NCBI GenBank assembly: GCA_947627295.1
Contig: CANQVJ010000004.1
Coordinates: 2,469 to 66,468 of the forward strand
Source of the DNA: an uncultured Clostridia bacterium
GTDB taxonomy: Bacteria > Bacillota > Clostridia > TANB77 > CAG-508
DNA length: 64,000 nucleotides
Reading direction: 5' to 3'
Part shown: one piece after another, positions 39,752 through 50,600 of the stretch
Layout of the letters: each line of letters starts with the position of its first letter
How positions within the stretch are numbered: position 1 is the first letter of the stretch
Notes under the pieces: generated by a model
The model's database searches: none
What the model was told of the DNA's origin: nothing
Seen by the model: the letters and a program-made list of their open reading frames with translations, nothing else
Position numbers and translations under genes: made by a program

Positions 39752-40482
39752 CAACTAATATAAGAATTTTGTTTTTATTATTTTTTACATATTCTTTTTT
39801 AGGCTGGTTAATGGAAGTAATTAATGCACTAATAGTAGAAAAGAAATTTATAAATAGAGGATTTTTAGTTGGGCCTTATTGCCCAATATATGGAACAGGC
39901 GTAATCTTAATTACTTTGTTATTAAAAAAATATTATGACGATATAATTGCAACCTTTATATTCTCTATTTTAATATGTGGAATATTGGAATATCTAACAA
40001 GTTACATTTTAGAGAAAATCTTTAATTTAAGGTGGTGGGATTATTCTGATAGAAAATTTAATATAAATGGAAGAATATGTTTAAGCAACTTATTTATATT
40101 TGGAATATTGGGTTGCACAATATTATATATTTTAAACCCATTTTTTATAGACCTTCTTAGTCAAATACCTGAAATTGTTTTGAACATCATTTGTATAATA
40201 TTAGCAATATGTTTTGTAGTGGATATAGGAATTTCAAGTAATGTTATTGTAAATTTAAAGAAAATAAGTAATAATGTAAGAAAAGACAACACTGAAGAAA
40301 TATCTACAAAAGTGAAAGCAATTATTCAAAAGAAATTTTCTTTACAAAGAAGACTGTTGGTTGCCTTCCCTAACATAAGAAAAGGCATCAATTTAGAAGA
40401 GCTCATAAAAAAATCCAAAATCAGATTAAACAGATTAAAAGAAAAACAAAAAAAGTATATAAAAGATTTAATTAACAAATAA
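39748..40482 (+). CDS. Putative ABC transporter permease (CmpB/DUF1113-like membrane protein)
   Basis: YSFLGWLME, NRGFLVGPYCPIYG, RWWDYS, NINGRICL motifs. Confidence 0.85.
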   Translation: MTTNIRILFLLFFTYSFLGWLMEVINALIVEKKFINRGFLVGPYCPIYGTGVILITLLLKKYYDDIIATFIFSILICGILEYLTSYILEKIFNLRWWDYSDRKFNINGRICLSNLFIFGILGCTILYILNPFFIDLLSQIPEIVLNIICIILAICFVVDIGISSNVIVNLKKISNNVRKDNTEEISTKVKAIIQKKFSLQRRLLVAFPNIRKGINLEELIKKSKIRLNRLKEKQKKYIKDLINK

Positions 40483-40499
40483 AACGAGAGGAACAAAGT

Positions 40500-41117
40500 A
40501 TGATTAAAAATATAATTTTTGATTTAGGTAATGTAATTATAAATTATAACCAAGAACAGATTATTAGCAATTTTACTGATAAAGAAGACGAAATAAAATA
40601 CATATATGACGAAATATTTCATAGTCCTGAGTGGACCCTAATGGATTTAGGAAATATCACAAATGACGAAACAATAGAAGTAATCAATAAAAGAAATGAA
40701 TTTAAATATGCTAAACTAACTGAAGATTTTTTGCATGAGTGGTATAAAACTCAACCTATAAATGAAGATGTTGTAGAGCTTGCCAAAAAGCTAAAAGAAC
40801 AAGGATATAATTTATATGTTTTGTCTAATATGGCTCCTTTAACATATGCATATTTTCAAAACAATGAATTCTTTAAACTATGCACAGGTATTGTTATTTC
40901 TTCTCACGAACATATTAAAAAACCAGATGAAAAAATTTATAAATTGCTTTTAGATAGATATAATATTAACGCAGAAGAAACCATTTTTATAGATGATGAC
41001 GATTCCGGAAAAAATTATGAATCAGCAAACAGAATTGGAATAAAAGGCAGAAGAATTATACCAAATCAAGTGGAAGATATTAAAAAAATGCTTTCTGAAT
41101 TTGAAGTAAAAATATAG
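40500..41117 (+). CDS. HAD family phosphatase
   Basis: IFDLGNV, LSN, KPDEKIY, FIDD motifs. Confidence 0.92.
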   Translation: MIKNIIFDLGNVIINYNQEQIISNFTDKEDEIKYIYDEIFHSPEWTLMDLGNITNDETIEVINKRNEFKYAKLTEDFLHEWYKTQPINEDVVELAKKLKEQGYNLYVLSNMAPLTYAYFQNNEFFKLCTGIVISSHEHIKKPDEKIYKLLLDRYNINAEETIFIDDDDSGKNYESANRIGIKGRRIIPNQVEDIKKMLSEFEVKI

Positions 41118-41159
41118 CAAGGGTTTTATGTAACCTTGCTATATTTTTTATAAACATTT

Positions 41160-42773
41160 TTATGAAGCAAGCTTGATACTGCGCAATTCGCTTGCGTAGT
41201 TCATTGATATTTCATTTACTTCTCCTGAAGATATTCTTGCAATTTCTCTTATTACTTCTTCTCCAACAAGGTATTTTATATTTGTTTTTGTTCTTCTCTT
41301 TTCAGTTGTGTGTTTACTTATATAATAATTATGATCTGCTATTGCAACAATGTTTGGCAAATGTGAAACACATAAAACTTGATTTGACTTTCCAATTTTA
41401 CTAAGTAGCCTTGCTACTGAGTTTGCTGTTTTTCCACTAATTCCTGTATCTATTTCATCAAATACCATTATATTTGCACCTTCACTTTTAGCCAAAATAC
41501 TTTTTATAGCTAACATTATTCTTGATATTTCTCCACCTGATGCAAACTTTGCTAATTGCTTTTCATCTTCTCCCTCATTTGTTTTAATGAAAAATTCTAT
41601 TTCGTCTTTACCTGTTTCTTTGTATTCTTCAGCTTTTTCAATTTTAACAGATAACTTTGCATTTTTCATTTGCAAATCATTTAAGATTTCATTTACTTTT
41701 TTAGCAAACTTTTTGCTTCCTTCAATTCTTAACTCATGTAATTTATCTGCCATATTTTCCATTTTTATTTCTTTTGATTTTAAGCTCTTTCTTAGTTCTT
41801 CATTGTATTGTTCTAAATTTTCAATATGTTCAATTTCTTTTTCTACACTTTCTTTGTATTCTAAAATTTCTTCTATGTTATTACCATATTTTCTTTTTAG
41901 TGAATATATTAAATCTAACCTTTCTTCTATGAAATTTCTTTCTTCTTCATCAAAATAAATTTCGTCTGAAAATGTGCTTATATCTCTTGAAATTTCTTGA
42001 ATTTCATAATACATATTTCTTAGGCTTTGTGCTGTATTTTCATACCTTGAATCTAAAGTTTCAATCTTTTCTAATGACCTTAAAACTGTTTCTAAATTTG
42101 TTTCTTCTATTGCATTTGATGCAGTTTTTAAATTGCTATATATTTTCTCAGCGTTTTGCATTTTCTTTCTTTTTTCTAATAATTCACTTTCTTCTCCTAT
42201 TGTGAGGTTTGCTTCTTCAATTTCATTTATTTGGTATTTTAGTAAATCTAATTTTCTTTCTCTTTCCTTTTCATTACCATAGTTTTCTCTTAACTTGGTT
42301 TCAATTTTTTTATATGCTTCATATATTTTTAAATAATCTGTTTTTATTTTTGAAATTTTCTCTCCTATATAATTATCTACATATATTAAGTGCGTACTTT
42401 TTTCCATTAATTTATTATTATCATGCTGACCATGTATTTCTAGATAATTGTTCATAAATTCTTTTAACTCATTTACTGTTACTAATCTGCCATTAATTTT
42501 GCATAAGTTCTTTCCATTTCTATTTATTTCTCTTGAGACTATTATTGTTTTGCTAGTTTCTGGTTCAAATATGCAAACCTCAACAAAGGAATTTTGTTCA
42601 CCCTTTCTTATCATTTCCTTTGAAAATCTACCCCCAGCGATTATTTCCAATGCGTCTATTATAAGAGTTTTACCGGCGCCCGTTTCACCGGTTAAAACAT
42701 TTAGACCTTTGTTTAGTTCTATGCTTAGTTCCTCAATTATACCTATGTTTTTTATATGCAAATTATCTATCAT
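41160..42773 (-). CDS. recN: DNA repair protein RecN
   Basis: LTGETGAGKT, EIHGQHD, ASGGEISRIMLA, FDEIDTGISG, VSHLP. Confidence 0.95.
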   Translation of the reverse strand: MIDNLHIKNIGIIEELSIELNKGLNVLTGETGAGKTLIIDALEIIAGGRFSKEMIRKGEQNSFVEVCIFEPETSKTIIVSREINRNGKNLCKINGRLVTVNELKEFMNNYLEIHGQHDNNKLMEKSTHLIYVDNYIGEKISKIKTDYLKIYEAYKKIETKLRENYGNEKERERKLDLLKYQINEIEEANLTIGEESELLEKRKKMQNAEKIYSNLKTASNAIEETNLETVLRSLEKIETLDSRYENTAQSLRNMYYEIQEISRDISTFSDEIYFDEEERNFIEERLDLIYSLKRKYGNNIEEILEYKESVEKEIEHIENLEQYNEELRKSLKSKEIKMENMADKLHELRIEGSKKFAKKVNEILNDLQMKNAKLSVKIEKAEEYKETGKDEIEFFIKTNEGEDEKQLAKFASGGEISRIMLAIKSILAKSEGANIMVFDEIDTGISGKTANSVARLLSKIGKSNQVLCVSHLPNIVAIADHNYYISKHTTEKRRTKTNIKYLVGEEVIREIARISSGEVNEISMNYASELRSIKLAS

Positions 42774-42874
42774 TTTTTGCACCTCCAAAATGTTTGTTCG
42801 TATATATTGTACTATGGAATTTTTATTTTGTCAATACTTTTTACAAACATTTTTTTGCAAAAAAAGAACAAGGG

Positions 42875-44087
42875 TTATAGGCCTTGTTCTTTGAAGTATT
42901 TGTCGACTTTTTTAAGTTCTCTTTCATTAAATTCTTTGAAAAACGAAGTATATGTATCAAGTGTAGTTTCTATTTTTTTATGCCCCAATATTTTTTGCAA
43001 TGCTTTTACTTGCATCCCACTTTCAATACAGCGTGTTGCAAAAGTGTGTCTTAAAACATGGCAATGAATATTGCCTGCAAAATGCTCTTTCCTATTTATT
43101 TTCTTTAAGAAGCAATTAATCTTTACAGGGGTCGTGAACCTGTCGTTTTCAATATCATAGAAAATCAAATTTTTAACTTCTGGATTTGGATTTTTGGTAA
43201 TCCAACCGAGCAGCTTCCCAATTCTTTTTATACTCTTTTATAGCATCCCTTAAAATACTTCTAGTACGATTTCTCATTAAAATTGTTCTTTTGGCTGTAA
43301 GTGTTTTTGTGGTATGCCCTATTATAACATGATTATTTTCGTCTCTGGTCATGGTTTTTCTAATAGATATTGTGCCTGCTTTAAAATCTACATCTTCAAT
43401 CGAAAGCGCAAGCGCCTCTCCAATTCTTATACCTGTATATAATTGTAGCAATACAATATTTCTATATTTCAAATTTTTATATTCTTCTCTATCAAAAACT
43501 TCTACCATTTTTTTATTTTGCTCAAGAGTTAGAGCCTCAATTTGTTTATCTGGAATATTTGACCTTGGTTTTGTTATACTCTCATTATCTAATGGATTAA
43601 ACATAATAATTCTATCTGAAACCGCTATTTTAAAGGTTTTGTTAATAAGCCTATAAATTTTATCAATTGTTTTATTACTATATATAGTGATATTTGGCAA
43701 AACCCTTCTTATATGATATACCGTAATCTTTTGAATTGGCATTTCAAAAATTTCTGAACATGTTCTTTTAATTTGTTTAACAGTTTGTTTATCCCTTATA
43801 TATGTTCTTGGTGAAACCTTATTTGTATTAAATTTATTTTCAACATGTTCTTCTAAAATTTCCCTAAATGTCTTATCAATTTTATCAATATATGTTCCTT
43901 GATTTAAATCGTTCATAATTTTTGTAAATTTTGCAACAAATCGTTTTTTAGGTTCATACTTTTTTTGATAGATTGTTTTTCTCTTTCCATTAACAGTATA
44001 TTGCGCTACCCATATCTTCTTATTTTTATTATAAAAAATTGTACCTTGACCATTACCTCTTCTTTTATTTCTTTGTGTACGTGCCAT
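42875..44087 (-). CDS. Second tyrosine integrase; 403 aa if CGGT at 43208-43205 is read as one codon
   Basis: [19 protein letters not shown] in the first ORF; [10 protein letters not shown] and [13 protein letters not shown] in the +1 ORF; open join after the CGG. Confidence 0.88.
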
Positions 44088-44255
44088 AATTTCCTCCGTT
44101 TTTTATGTATACAAATTTAGTGCCTCTATATTGCTTTTATATAGCACAAATTTGATTGAGACCACATTATATCACATTTTTCTTATGTAAACAAGTCCCA
44201 AATTGAAAATTTTTTACATTTCTCGTTTTCCAGTATTTTCAAGGGTTTGAAGTAT

Positions 44256-44385
44256 GTACTGCAATCTTACTGCAATACAAAAAGTGAAATTCTTTTGGAA
44301 GTTTCTTCAAATCGACCTAACCCGCCACCTGCCTGAAATTGAATACAATAAAAAGTACTGCAATACTACTGCAATACAAAAAGTG
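44256..44385. repeat. Two ~31-bp direct repeats, each with tandem TACTGCAAT (probable integrase arm-type sites)
   Basis: GTACTGCAATnnTACTGCAATACAAAAAGTG at 44256-44286 and 44355-44385. Confidence 0.75.
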
Positions 44386-44609
44386 CGATTTTTGGCGAAT
44401 TTTGGCGATTTCTATAATCTTACTGCCGCAACCATTTTAAGGAAAAAACGGTAATGCAATTTTTTTTATTTTTGCACAAAAAAAAACGCCTTAAAATAAT
44501 TAAAGCGTTCTTATTTATTTTCGAAGACAACAAAAGTTGTCTTATGTACCCACCCACAATCTTTGATTGTGTCAGGTAGAGTTGAATTCTTTTTTTTGAT
44601 TTTTTGTTT

Positions 44610-45221
44610 TTATAAATAATCGTTTGTTAAAATTTCTTTTACTAAATGCTCATGATCGTCAAAAATATTTAGCTCAGATATATGATATATATCCTCAATT
44701 ATCTCACTTTTAAAATTTGTCAACAATGAAAATATTGTTTCTGCATAAACTTCTATTGGATTAACACAATTTACTGAAAATCTCTTATGGTTAAATATGT
44801 TACTTGTAAATTCTATTTCTATATTTTTCATTCTACTTTTTTTACTTTTTATTTCTACTATTATTTTTATACTATCTTTATGGTTCTGAACATTTTTATA
44901 TCCAATGTTAATTTCATACATACTCTTATTTTTAATAACATTTACTTTATATCCATTTGATTTTAGCAATTCCAATAGAATTTTTAATGTATCTTCCTTA
45001 TTTTCAATAGTATCCAAATTGAATTCTACAACATTTGGCACTTTTGGTAAATTTAGAAATACCACATTTATTGCTGCTGTTCCCTTTAATGCCAAATTCT
45101 TATGAAGTAATTCATTATAGCTAATGCTTCTTAATAAATTTGTGATTCTATCTGCTTTTTCAACTTCACAAGAGCTAAATTTCAAATCATTTGCTATACA
45201 TTTGATATAGTGCGAATACAT
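44610..45221 (-). CDS. Divergent AbiEii-like nucleotidyltransferase-fold protein
   Basis: VEKADR...LALKGTAAINVVFLNLP resembles LKGGTAIN; acidic DxD motif not evident. Confidence 0.55.
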   Translation of the reverse strand: MYSHYIKCIANDLKFSSCEVEKADRITNLLRSISYNELLHKNLALKGTAAINVVFLNLPKVPNVVEFNLDTIENKEDTLKILLELLKSNGYKVNVIKNKSMYEINIGYKNVQNHKDSIKIIVEIKSKKSRMKNIEIEFTSNIFNHKRFSVNCVNPIEVYAETIFSLLTNFKSEIIEDIYHISELNIFDDHEHLVKEILTNDYL

Positions 45222-45473
45222 TATGTTCCTCTCTCCTTTCGTGATGATTTGTGTATTTATTAGTTTTTTAAATATTATTTCCCAAAAAAAAAATAATATT
45301 TAAAAGTTATGCGCAGTCCGTTTGGCACTTTACATAACTAATAAATACTTAAAGATTATACTACACATTTTACACAAATGCAATACTTTTTAGCAAATTT
45401 TCTCAATTTTTTTTATTACGTAGGAAAAATCGCTAGATTTTTCTGAAGTAAAAAGGTTAAGTTTCCTTAATCC

Positions 45474-45512
45474 GTGCGGTTGCGAAGCAACCTGCACATG
45501 TGGCAAAGCCAC
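45474..45512 (-). terminator. Tandem hairpins downstream of DGR2 RT
   Basis: GTGC-GGTTGC-GAA-GCAACC-T-GCAC and GTGGC-AAA-GCCAC. Confidence 0.6.
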
Positions 45513-45517
45513 TTTTC

Positions 45518-46484
45518 TTATTTTTTATTCTTTTTTACTATTTTCTTGTTGTTGTTCATTTTATATGCAATAACAGTGCTTGCTAGGCTGGATAGATTAA
45601 CTTCCCCTTGGTTGTAATCTTTTAATTTCCTCTTGATTTTTCTTTTTAACTGCCTATATCTTGCATATTTTCCTTTTTTATTCCTGCCTAAGAATATAAA
45701 ATTATTTGTGCTTTTATAAATTCTAGTTTTTCTATTTAATGTAAGTTTCTCTTTTGTTAAAAACTCTTTTATTTTTTCTAAGCACATTTTCAAATAATCT
45801 TTTGATTCATGTAATAATATAAAATCGTCTTGATATCTAACATAGTATTTAATTTTCAATTCTTCTTTTATGTAATGGTCCATATCGTTTAAATAGAATA
45901 TTGCTAAAATCTGACTCGTCATGCTTCCTATTCCTAGCCCTGGATTTTCGCTATCTATTATATCGTAAACAATTTTTAAACTATCCTTTTCTTTAATTCT
46001 TCTTTTTACTTTTTTCTTTAATATTTCGTGGTCAATGCTTGCAAAAAATTGACTTATATCGCATTTTAATACATAATAAACTCCATATTTTACTTTGCAG
46101 ATTCTATGAAAATTATTTAATAATCTTAATCCTTCACTTGTACCGAAGCCCCTGCCTGCTTGCAACATTTACATCTAACAAACATGGCAGGATAGCCGGA
46201 TATAAAATAAATCTACTAACTAGGTGATTGATTGTTTTATCAATCATGCCTTGACTTGAAATCTTTCTTATTTTAGGCTCTTTAATTATAAATCTGTTAT
46301 ATGGTCCTGGTTTATATCTTCTTTCTTTTAATATGTCATGCACTCTAGTGATATTTACTGACTTGTATTCTCTAAATCTTAGAACTTTAGTCCTGTTTCT
46401 AGTATTTCTACAAACTTCATTATATGCTAATTCAATATTGCTATATTTGTAGATGTTATGGTATAAATTATCTTTTCTTTTCAT
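45518..46484 (-). CDS. DGR reverse transcriptase (DGR2); 321 aa if CGGT at 46145-46142 is read as one codon
   Basis: EPKIRKI, NVASRQGL(G)T, LKCDISQFFASIDH, GLGIGSMTSQILA, YVRYQDDF, FIFLG. Confidence 0.92.
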
Positions 46485-46712
46485 AAATTACCTCTTTTCA
46501 TATAAATAGAAAAATGGTGTATCTTTTCACAAGGTACACCAAAAAATAGTCCTAAAATTTATTCCCCTTCGAACAAATTATATAATAATCTCTACTAACA
46601 AATAAATTTATCTATTTTTTATTTATAGCAAAAGCTAAAGGATAACAGTTTGTTTCCATTCTAAAACTTCTCTTGCATTACCTTGGTCAATGCAACCACA
46701 GTTTTTTAGAAG

Positions 46713-46830
46713 CTACGGGACGCACCCCATTGTTGTTGTTATAGTTGTTGTAGTTAAAGTTGCCGTTATAGTTCACATTGCAGACATTGTTAGAGTTGTT
46801 CGCTGAAGGGCCCGCCAACCACCAACTGTA
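46713..46830 (-). repeat. DGR2 template repeat (TR)
   Basis: AAC/AAT-rich 118-bp repeat between avd and RT; differs from both VRs only at TR adenines. Confidence 0.97.
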
Positions 46831-46832
46831 CC

Positions 46833-47177
46833 CTATATTAAAGATTTTAGCCACCCTGATGTGTATTTTATAATATCGTCTATTTTGCGGCTAAAACTAA
46901 AATATCTTTTTTGAGTAATTAATTTTTTATCATAACTTAAGTTTAATAAAAAATCAATTATTTTAACTTTTGCAACCACTTTATATAGTAATTGCTTTTT
47001 ATATTCAACATCCCTTGTAGTATTTGCCTCATATGCGATTTCTAGAATATCAAACGAATTTGTTCTTATTCTATTTTTTAGTTCTATGTCCTTTTTTGGG
47101 AAATTAGCCATATCTTTATCTATTGCTAAAATTAATTCCCTTATAAATTGTAATATTCTAAATTTCTCTTCTTTCAT
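46833..47177 (-). CDS. avd: DGR accessory variability determinant (Avd-like four-helix bundle)
   Basis: 114 aa basic protein, NFPKKDIELKNRI...GWLK, immediately upstream of TR. Confidence 0.85.
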   Translation of the reverse strand: MKEEKFRILQFIRELILAIDKDMANFPKKDIELKNRIRTNSFDILEIAYEANTTRDVEYKKQLLYKVVAKVKIIDFLLNLSYDKKLITQKRYFSFSRKIDDIIKYTSGWLKSLI

Positions 47178-47593
47178 TGATTATATTTTCAATCTCTCCT
47201 AGTATTTTTCTAAAGTTTTTTTGATTCATCATTTCTAATAAATTTTTATTTATATTTTCTATTCGGTTTTTGTAATTCACGCATTGTTTTGCTTTTTCAT
47301 ATATTTTTTTATAATTATTTAAATTCTTATAATTTTCTTCTTCATCTACTTCATAATTATTACGTTTATCTATTACAATATAATTTACTTTTTCTGCTTC
47401 CAATTTTGCTTTGACTCTATTTAATGAAACTAATGGGAATCCGCACTCTTTTTTAAATAAATCTACTTTATATCCAAAGAGATATGAAAGTATGTATGCA
47501 TCTTTCCCATATGCATGATAAAAATTTCCGAATTTTTATTAAGCATACATTTTCTTGATTTAATAATTCTATTGTTTCTACCATTGTATTCAT
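47158..47593 (-). CDS. MutS domain-I-like DGR accessory protein; 144 aa if CGGA at 47530-47527 is read as one codon
   Basis: ATG 47593; joined translation VCLIKI(G)NFYHAYGKDAYILSYLFGYK...CGFP continues into ORF 47158-47403. Confidence 0.8.
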
Positions 47594-47620
47594 CTTATTT
47601 GATCATCCTTTCTTATTGGA

Positions 47621-47653
47621 CTTTCCTAGCGGACTTACGCCCGCTAGAGAAAG
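47621..47653 (-). promoter_or_regulatory. GC-rich hairpin downstream of the DGR2 target gene
   Basis: CTTTC-CTAGCGG-ACTTACGC-CCGCTAG-A-GAAAG. Confidence 0.65.
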
Positions 47654-47693
47654 CTTTAAGATTTTTGAGTTTAAGCATAGTGCTTTATTTAAA

Positions 47694-50600
47694 TTATATT
47701 TTTATATTTAGTTGGTTTCCTACATTCCGGAACAAAGATTTTGGAATGGAAACTACGGGACGCACCCCAATGCCGTAGTTATAGGCGTGGCAGCTAAAGT
47801 TGCCGCTATAGTACACACTGCAGACATAGCCAGAGCTGTTCGCTGAAGGGCCCGCCAACCACCAACCGTAGGCGTTTTCATACCCACTAGACGAGGTATG
47901 TGGCCAGAATAGTGGTTTTGATGTATAATTTGTATCCTGTACTGCAGTAGTCCAACTTGTGCTTCCTGTTGTTGCTAAACTATATTGATATCCTGTTGAA
48001 TTTGTTTGGACTTTCAACTTTTTTCCTTCACTTGATTCCCAATGTTCGTTCCATGCCAGTGCTGTTTGTTCCAATGTTGGAGCTCCTGTTACTGTTACTT
48101 TATCATAATCTGATTTTTGAACTCCTTTTGCACTCAATGCATTTTGTATTCCAGTTTTTAAGTTATCCCATACTTTAGTGTAGTTTCCTGTTCCCTTCAA
48201 GAAATTAATCAAATCATCTCTGTTTGATGTTGACCATACTGCTCTTTGATTTTTACTAATTGTTCCTGTTGAAGGTATTGCTGCATTTTCAAGGTACGTA
48301 TCATAAATTATTTTTACATCATCTCCTTCTGTGCAGAAGTAATCAAATCCTCCGCTCAATTTGGTAGAGCCTGATGTGACTGACCCTAAATCTATGTTTC
48401 CGTCAACAGGAACGTCGAGTGGTGCATCTGGTAAAGCCATAAGTTCTTCGAACACAGATTTTGGAAGGGAAACTACGGGACGCACCCCATAGCTGTCGTA
48501 ATAGCCGCTGTAGTTAAAGTTGCCGCTAAAGTACACAATGCAGACATAGTCAGAGTTGCCCGCTGAAGGGCCCGCCAACCACCAGTGGTTCATATTGTTG
48601 CTACTGTCCCTAAAGAATAATGGGTAATTTTGATAATTACTTATGCTCTTAGCAGTAGCATATGTTTCTGTTCCTGGTGGATTCCAATTATATACATATC
48701 CTGCCGCTGATGCACTACTTATTCCTGGTACTGATTGACCTTGTGTTAGGCTCTTAACGCTTAATGTCCAGCCTGATTTATTTGCATAATGTTCGTTCCA
48801 AGCTAATGCTGCTTGTTCAGGTGTTGGTGCACCTTTAACTGTTACCTGACTTACATCTTTTATTCCTCTATTTGTTAATGCTGTTCTTACAGCTGTTTGT
48901 AATGTATTCCATGCTGTTCCTTTTAAATAATTAACTAATGTATCTCTATTTGAAGATGCAGATACATTTTCTCCACTAATGTTAATTCCGCTTGATGTTG
49001 GTATTGCTCCATTTTCCAAAGTATTTGCATAGATTAGAGTTACTGTATCTCCTTCTGTGCAGAAATATTTCCAGCCCTTTGATAATTTAGTTGAACCAAC
49101 AGTAACGCTTCCCACATTTACATCTGTTTCTGGATGGTCTTCTTTATTAAGTGTTGTTACATCTTCTGAAGCTGAAGCTTCGTTTCCTGCTTGGTCTTGG
49201 CAGAAGAACCAAACTTTTTTGTTTTCTTCAATTGTTGTTGTAAATTGTTGTTCTTTTCCTATTGTATCGTCTGGGCTTGATACTGTTTGCCATGAGCTAC
49301 TTGGTGATGCTGACCCAGCTCCTGAATCTGTTGTAACAAATTGATATTTTGCAATTCCTGATTGATTATCAGTACATTTTGCAGTAAGTGTTACAGTTTT
49401 CTTTCCTGCTTGTTCTACTGGTGCTGCAGCTGTAATAGATACAGGTGTTGGTTTTTCAGTATCAATATGGTCTTCTATAAATGCAGCTGCTGCTTTTGTT
49501 GTTCCTGAAGCTTCATGTGTAGATTGTGCATTAATTGTTGTATTTTTAGTAATTGGAAATGTTACAGGGTTTGTATCTTTTGCATCCGTATAAGCTGCAT
49601 CGTCTGTAGTTTTATATTCATTTTTTAGACCTTCAACTGATGCATATTGTATTTTAACTGTTTTTTGTTTTTGCCAACCTGCAGGTGATGTAGTAATTTC
49701 AGGTACTATGTTTTTAAAGTTATTTTCTCCTACTTCAACTGGATCAGATGTTGCAATATTTCCTTTTGCATCTTTTGCATAGAAGTAGTATGTTCCCAAT
49801 GTTTCTACTGAGTAAGTAGTCTCAAATGGGTCGCTTGAATCGCTTACTTTTGTTGGCTCAATAGCTTCCCAACCTTGTGACTCGTCTGCTAAAGAAGAAT
49901 TTTGGCTTACTTGCCAACCTACTAAACCTGATTCGTTATCATATGCTTTACCTGTTAAAACAATCTTTCCTTCTGCATTTACTGTATTTGCTGCTGTAAA
50001 GCTAACTATTGTAGGGGCTGCTGTATCAATTGATGTTATATCTATTTTCTTGTCTGTAATTCTTCCAACTAAATCCATTGCGTGGAAGTAAACTGTAGTA
50101 TTTTTATCTGATGTGTAAGTAAATTGTTTTTCGTCTGTAGCACCTTGCTCCTCTGTTGCGCCGTCTACATTTTGCCAACCGTCAGTATCTGATTGAACTG
50201 TTTCCATTGTGTTAAACATATATTTTGCAAGACCTGACTCGTTATCTTGAGCTGTTATTGTTATTTTTGCTTGAACTTTGCCATTATCTGATATTGGCTC
50301 ATTAACTGTTGGTGCGCTTTCGTCTATTTTATCTATTGTTTTACTTGCGATTTGTGCACTTGCTTCATCGCCATTTCTTATTGCTTTTGCTTGGAATTTT
50401 GTGTTGTTTTTAGATATTTCAACTGGCATTGTGTATGGGTCCCACTGTGAACCGTCAGTTGAATATTTCTTTTCAATTCCGCTATCTGCTGGCCACCTAA
50501 CTGTTACTGTTTTTGTTTTAGCCCATTTGTCTGTGTTTACAACAATTGTTGGCTCTAAGGCTTTTTCTGGATCTTTTTGAGGCTTCCAAACTCCTGTATC

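Noticed and set aside
44256-44385. CRISPR array
   Set aside because: Only two repeat units with a 68-bp spacer, internal tandem structure and no cas genes; better explained as integrase arm sites
46146-46160. AGG as a second shift signal
   Set aside because: In-frame AGG occurs without a frame break (RT2 AGC AGG CAG; terL tail GCT AGG ATG)
3141-48584. Cross-targeting between DGR1 and DGR2 repeats
   Set aside because: TR1/VR1 and TR2/VR-A/VR-B share no alignable nucleotide sequence
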